DNA of 64,000 nt. It comes from an uncultured Thermoleophilia bacterium. GTDB taxonomy: Bacteria; Actinomycetota; Thermoleophilia; RBG-16-64-13. Below the pieces are notes generated by a model. The model was not told the origin of the DNA. It saw only the letters and a list, made by a program, of their open reading frames with translations, and did not search any database. Shown here piece after piece: positions 62,429-64,000 of the stretch. Location of the stretch: NCBI GenBank assembly GCA_963772095.1, contig CAVYVU010000013.1, forward strand, positions 39,358 to 103,357. The letters run 5' to 3'. Numbering within the stretch: position 1 is the stretch's first letter; each line of letters begins with the position of its first letter. A program made the position numbers and the translations under genes.

Positions 62429-63199
62429 ATGGGAACAATCGCGAGACTGTGGACGAAGGCAAAGGCGATTGGTGGCGCGGTTTCTGCCGAAACGGAGAAG
62501 GGAATCGCGGCAGGGTTGACGGGGGCAGAGGCACTTGGTGGCGCGGTCGGTGCCGAGGCGGAGAAGGGAATCTCGACCGGGTGGACGGGGCTAAAGGCGC
62601 TTCCCGCCAAGGCGTGGGCGGCTTCCGGGCTTACGAAACTCGCGGTGGGTATCGGGGCTGTGGTCGTCATAGGACTCATCGCGGCTGCTTCAGCCGGGGT
62701 TTTTGGGGGTTCTGCACCGAGCGGACAAACAGACAAAGCAGCGCTGTTGCAGTCTCAGACCACGACCATCGCGACCCAGCAGACAAAAACGGCCAGCGCG
62801 TCCACGAGCTCGGACACCTGGCTCCTGTGGGACTGGTCGTCCCGGACAGCAAAACCGCCCTACAGCTGGAACCCCACCTGGCACGTCGTACTCAATGGCA
62901 GCCTTGAGTCAGGGACCGTCACCATACCGGAGGACAAGACCGTCACTGCCACTTACACGGCCAACGGCGACAAACTCACCATCGACATCACCCGCATACT
63001 TGGGCCAGAAAACCCTCAGCCACAGAAGTTCCACTACGAGTTCACGGGATACCCGAGCGACTACTGGACGGGGACCATCCTCGTCGGTCGGATCGGTAAT
63101 GACACCAGCGTTACCGCATGGTCGGAGCCAAGAGACGCACGAGCGACGCGGGGCTTGAACACGCCACCCACTGGTACTGGTACGCCGCCTTCCTCATAA
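62429..63199 (+). CDS. Membrane-anchored protein with an N-terminal 22-aa tandem repeat
   Basis: KAIGGAVSAETEKGIAAGLTGA / EALGGAVGAEAEKGISTGWTGL (66-bp duplication), TM segment, Thr linker, beta-rich C-terminal domain. Confidence 0.7.
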   Translation: MGTIARLWTKAKAIGGAVSAETEKGIAAGLTGAEALGGAVGAEAEKGISTGWTGLKALPAKAWAASGLTKLAVGIGAVVVIGLIAAASAGVFGGSAPSGQTDKAALLQSQTTTIATQQTKTASASTSSDTWLLWDWSSRTAKPPYSWNPTWHVVLNGSLESGTVTIPEDKTVTATYTANGDKLTIDITRILGPENPQPQKFHYEFTGYPSDYWTGTILVGRIGNDTSVTAWSEPRDARATRGLNTPPTGTGTPPSS

Positions 63200-63785
63200 C
63201 AAGCGGCTTCGGCTGAGGAGCGCTGCCTTAGTCTCCGGAGCGGATGAGCGCACACCGTCCTATTCCTTCCCGGAAGAGCTTGCAAATAGGCGGGGGAATT
63301 AGAACCAGATTCTAACCCCCGCTCGCCGAAGGCGCATGACGACCACGCGTCTGCGCGGCGTGTAGCTACATCTTTGTGAACGCACGCAACGCGATGTAGA
63401 TGGCGACGACTCCCAGCACGATTATGCTTCCCTTGAAACCCGGGGTGCTGTCGCGCATTCCCAGCCATCGCCACTTCCATATCGCGGCGCTCTGCCTCTG
63501 ACGGAGTTGCTCCCGATGTTTGTGCACGTGACGACTCCTTCCCAACCGATCCAGCTCACCCGTCGGCATCTGGCGCGAATGACTTTAGGTTCGGGGGCGA
63601 GTCGGGCCCCAATTCCTTCTGCGATGCGGCAGCCGGACGCCCAGGAATGCGACATCGCCGCTGAGGTGGTGATGTCGACAGAGTTGCCCACGGGTCTGTC
63701 ATTCGGTGTCTTCTCGTCCGTCTCGATCCATTGGCTGGTGGCGAGTTTGCCCCCGAATTGCCCCCGAAGTCGCCTGAAAGACGCC

Positions 63786-63811
63786 AAAACCCGGCCTCCC
63801 GGGCCAGGTTT
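63786..63811 (-). terminator. Intrinsic terminator downstream of the tRNA fragment
   Basis: Minus strand AAACCUGGCC-CGGGA-GGCCGGG-UUUU. Confidence 0.7.
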
Positions 63812-63834
63812 CTCAACACGTTTTCCCTGTAAAT

Positions 63835-63890
63835 AGGCGGAGGGGGGATTCGAACCCCCTGTACCACTTGCGCCGCATAACGGTTTTCGA
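63835..63890 (-). tRNA. 3' half of tRNA-Ser(CGA), non-functional att remnant
   Basis: Minus strand TCGAAAACCGT, long variable arm with GCAA loop, T-arm GGGGG-TTCGAAT-CCCCC, shortened acceptor CTCC-G-CC; D-arm and 5' acceptor strand absent. Confidence 0.75.
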
Positions 63891-64000
63891 CTTCTGATCT
63901 GGGAGTCTGACGCGATCCGAGGATGTCCAGAAGATCGGCTAGGTCCGGCAACGCAAGGTCAGTCCGGCCTAGTCCGTCTGCATATGGACGCGTTGTGCCA

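Larger units (their letters stand above)
50992..63890. mobile_element. Probable degenerate genomic island (~12.9 kb) at a tRNA-Ser(CGA) attachment site; no integrase inside
   Basis: Bounded by the direct repeat pair; heterogeneous cargo of surface/secreted genes, including a low-GC DUF1801 gene. Confidence 0.55.

Noticed and set aside
63835-63960. Functional tRNA-Ser gene
   Set aside because: No D-arm or 5' acceptor strand, the acceptor 3' strand is short, and it ends CCT

Overview
High-GC (roughly 60-65% by eye) bacterial DNA. It most likely comes from an anaerobic, Gram-positive-type organism; Thr-rich Tat lipoproteins, SLH domains and SCO7613-type membrane proteins suggest Thermoleophilia-like Actinomycetota (inference). 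No rRNA, CRISPR array, transposase, integrase or intact tRNA was found. Layout: (0-5.6 kb) ferredoxin, a nickel-protein pair including CooT, and a ~1390-aa selenocysteine formate dehydrogenase fused to a GltD-like NADPH module, with a SECIS hairpin; (5.8-11.4 kb) CocE hydrolase, SDR, flavin oxidoreductase and TetR; (11.6-20.7 kb) heterodimeric ABC exporter, two MarR regulators, an internally deleted MFS gene, two SDRs and a cupin; (21-26.7 kb) partner-switching module including an RsbW-PAS-PP2C fusion; (28-48.7 kb) an unexplained cluster of three PhzA/B-family and two SnoaL-like proteins without any other phz gene, two M24-fold proteins lacking the canonical metal ligands, two GntR paralogs, a peptide-type ABC importer, P5C dehydrogenase, a divergent ProC and a MATE/ANKH-like transporter; (51.0-63.9 kb) an integrase-less segment of cell-surface genes flanked by a diverged direct repeat centred on a tRNA-Ser(CGA) anticodon, read as an old island in a tandem array. 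Many genes have single-base frameshifts that cluster in a few segments and are probably sequencing errors. All family calls are from motif recognition, not database searches.
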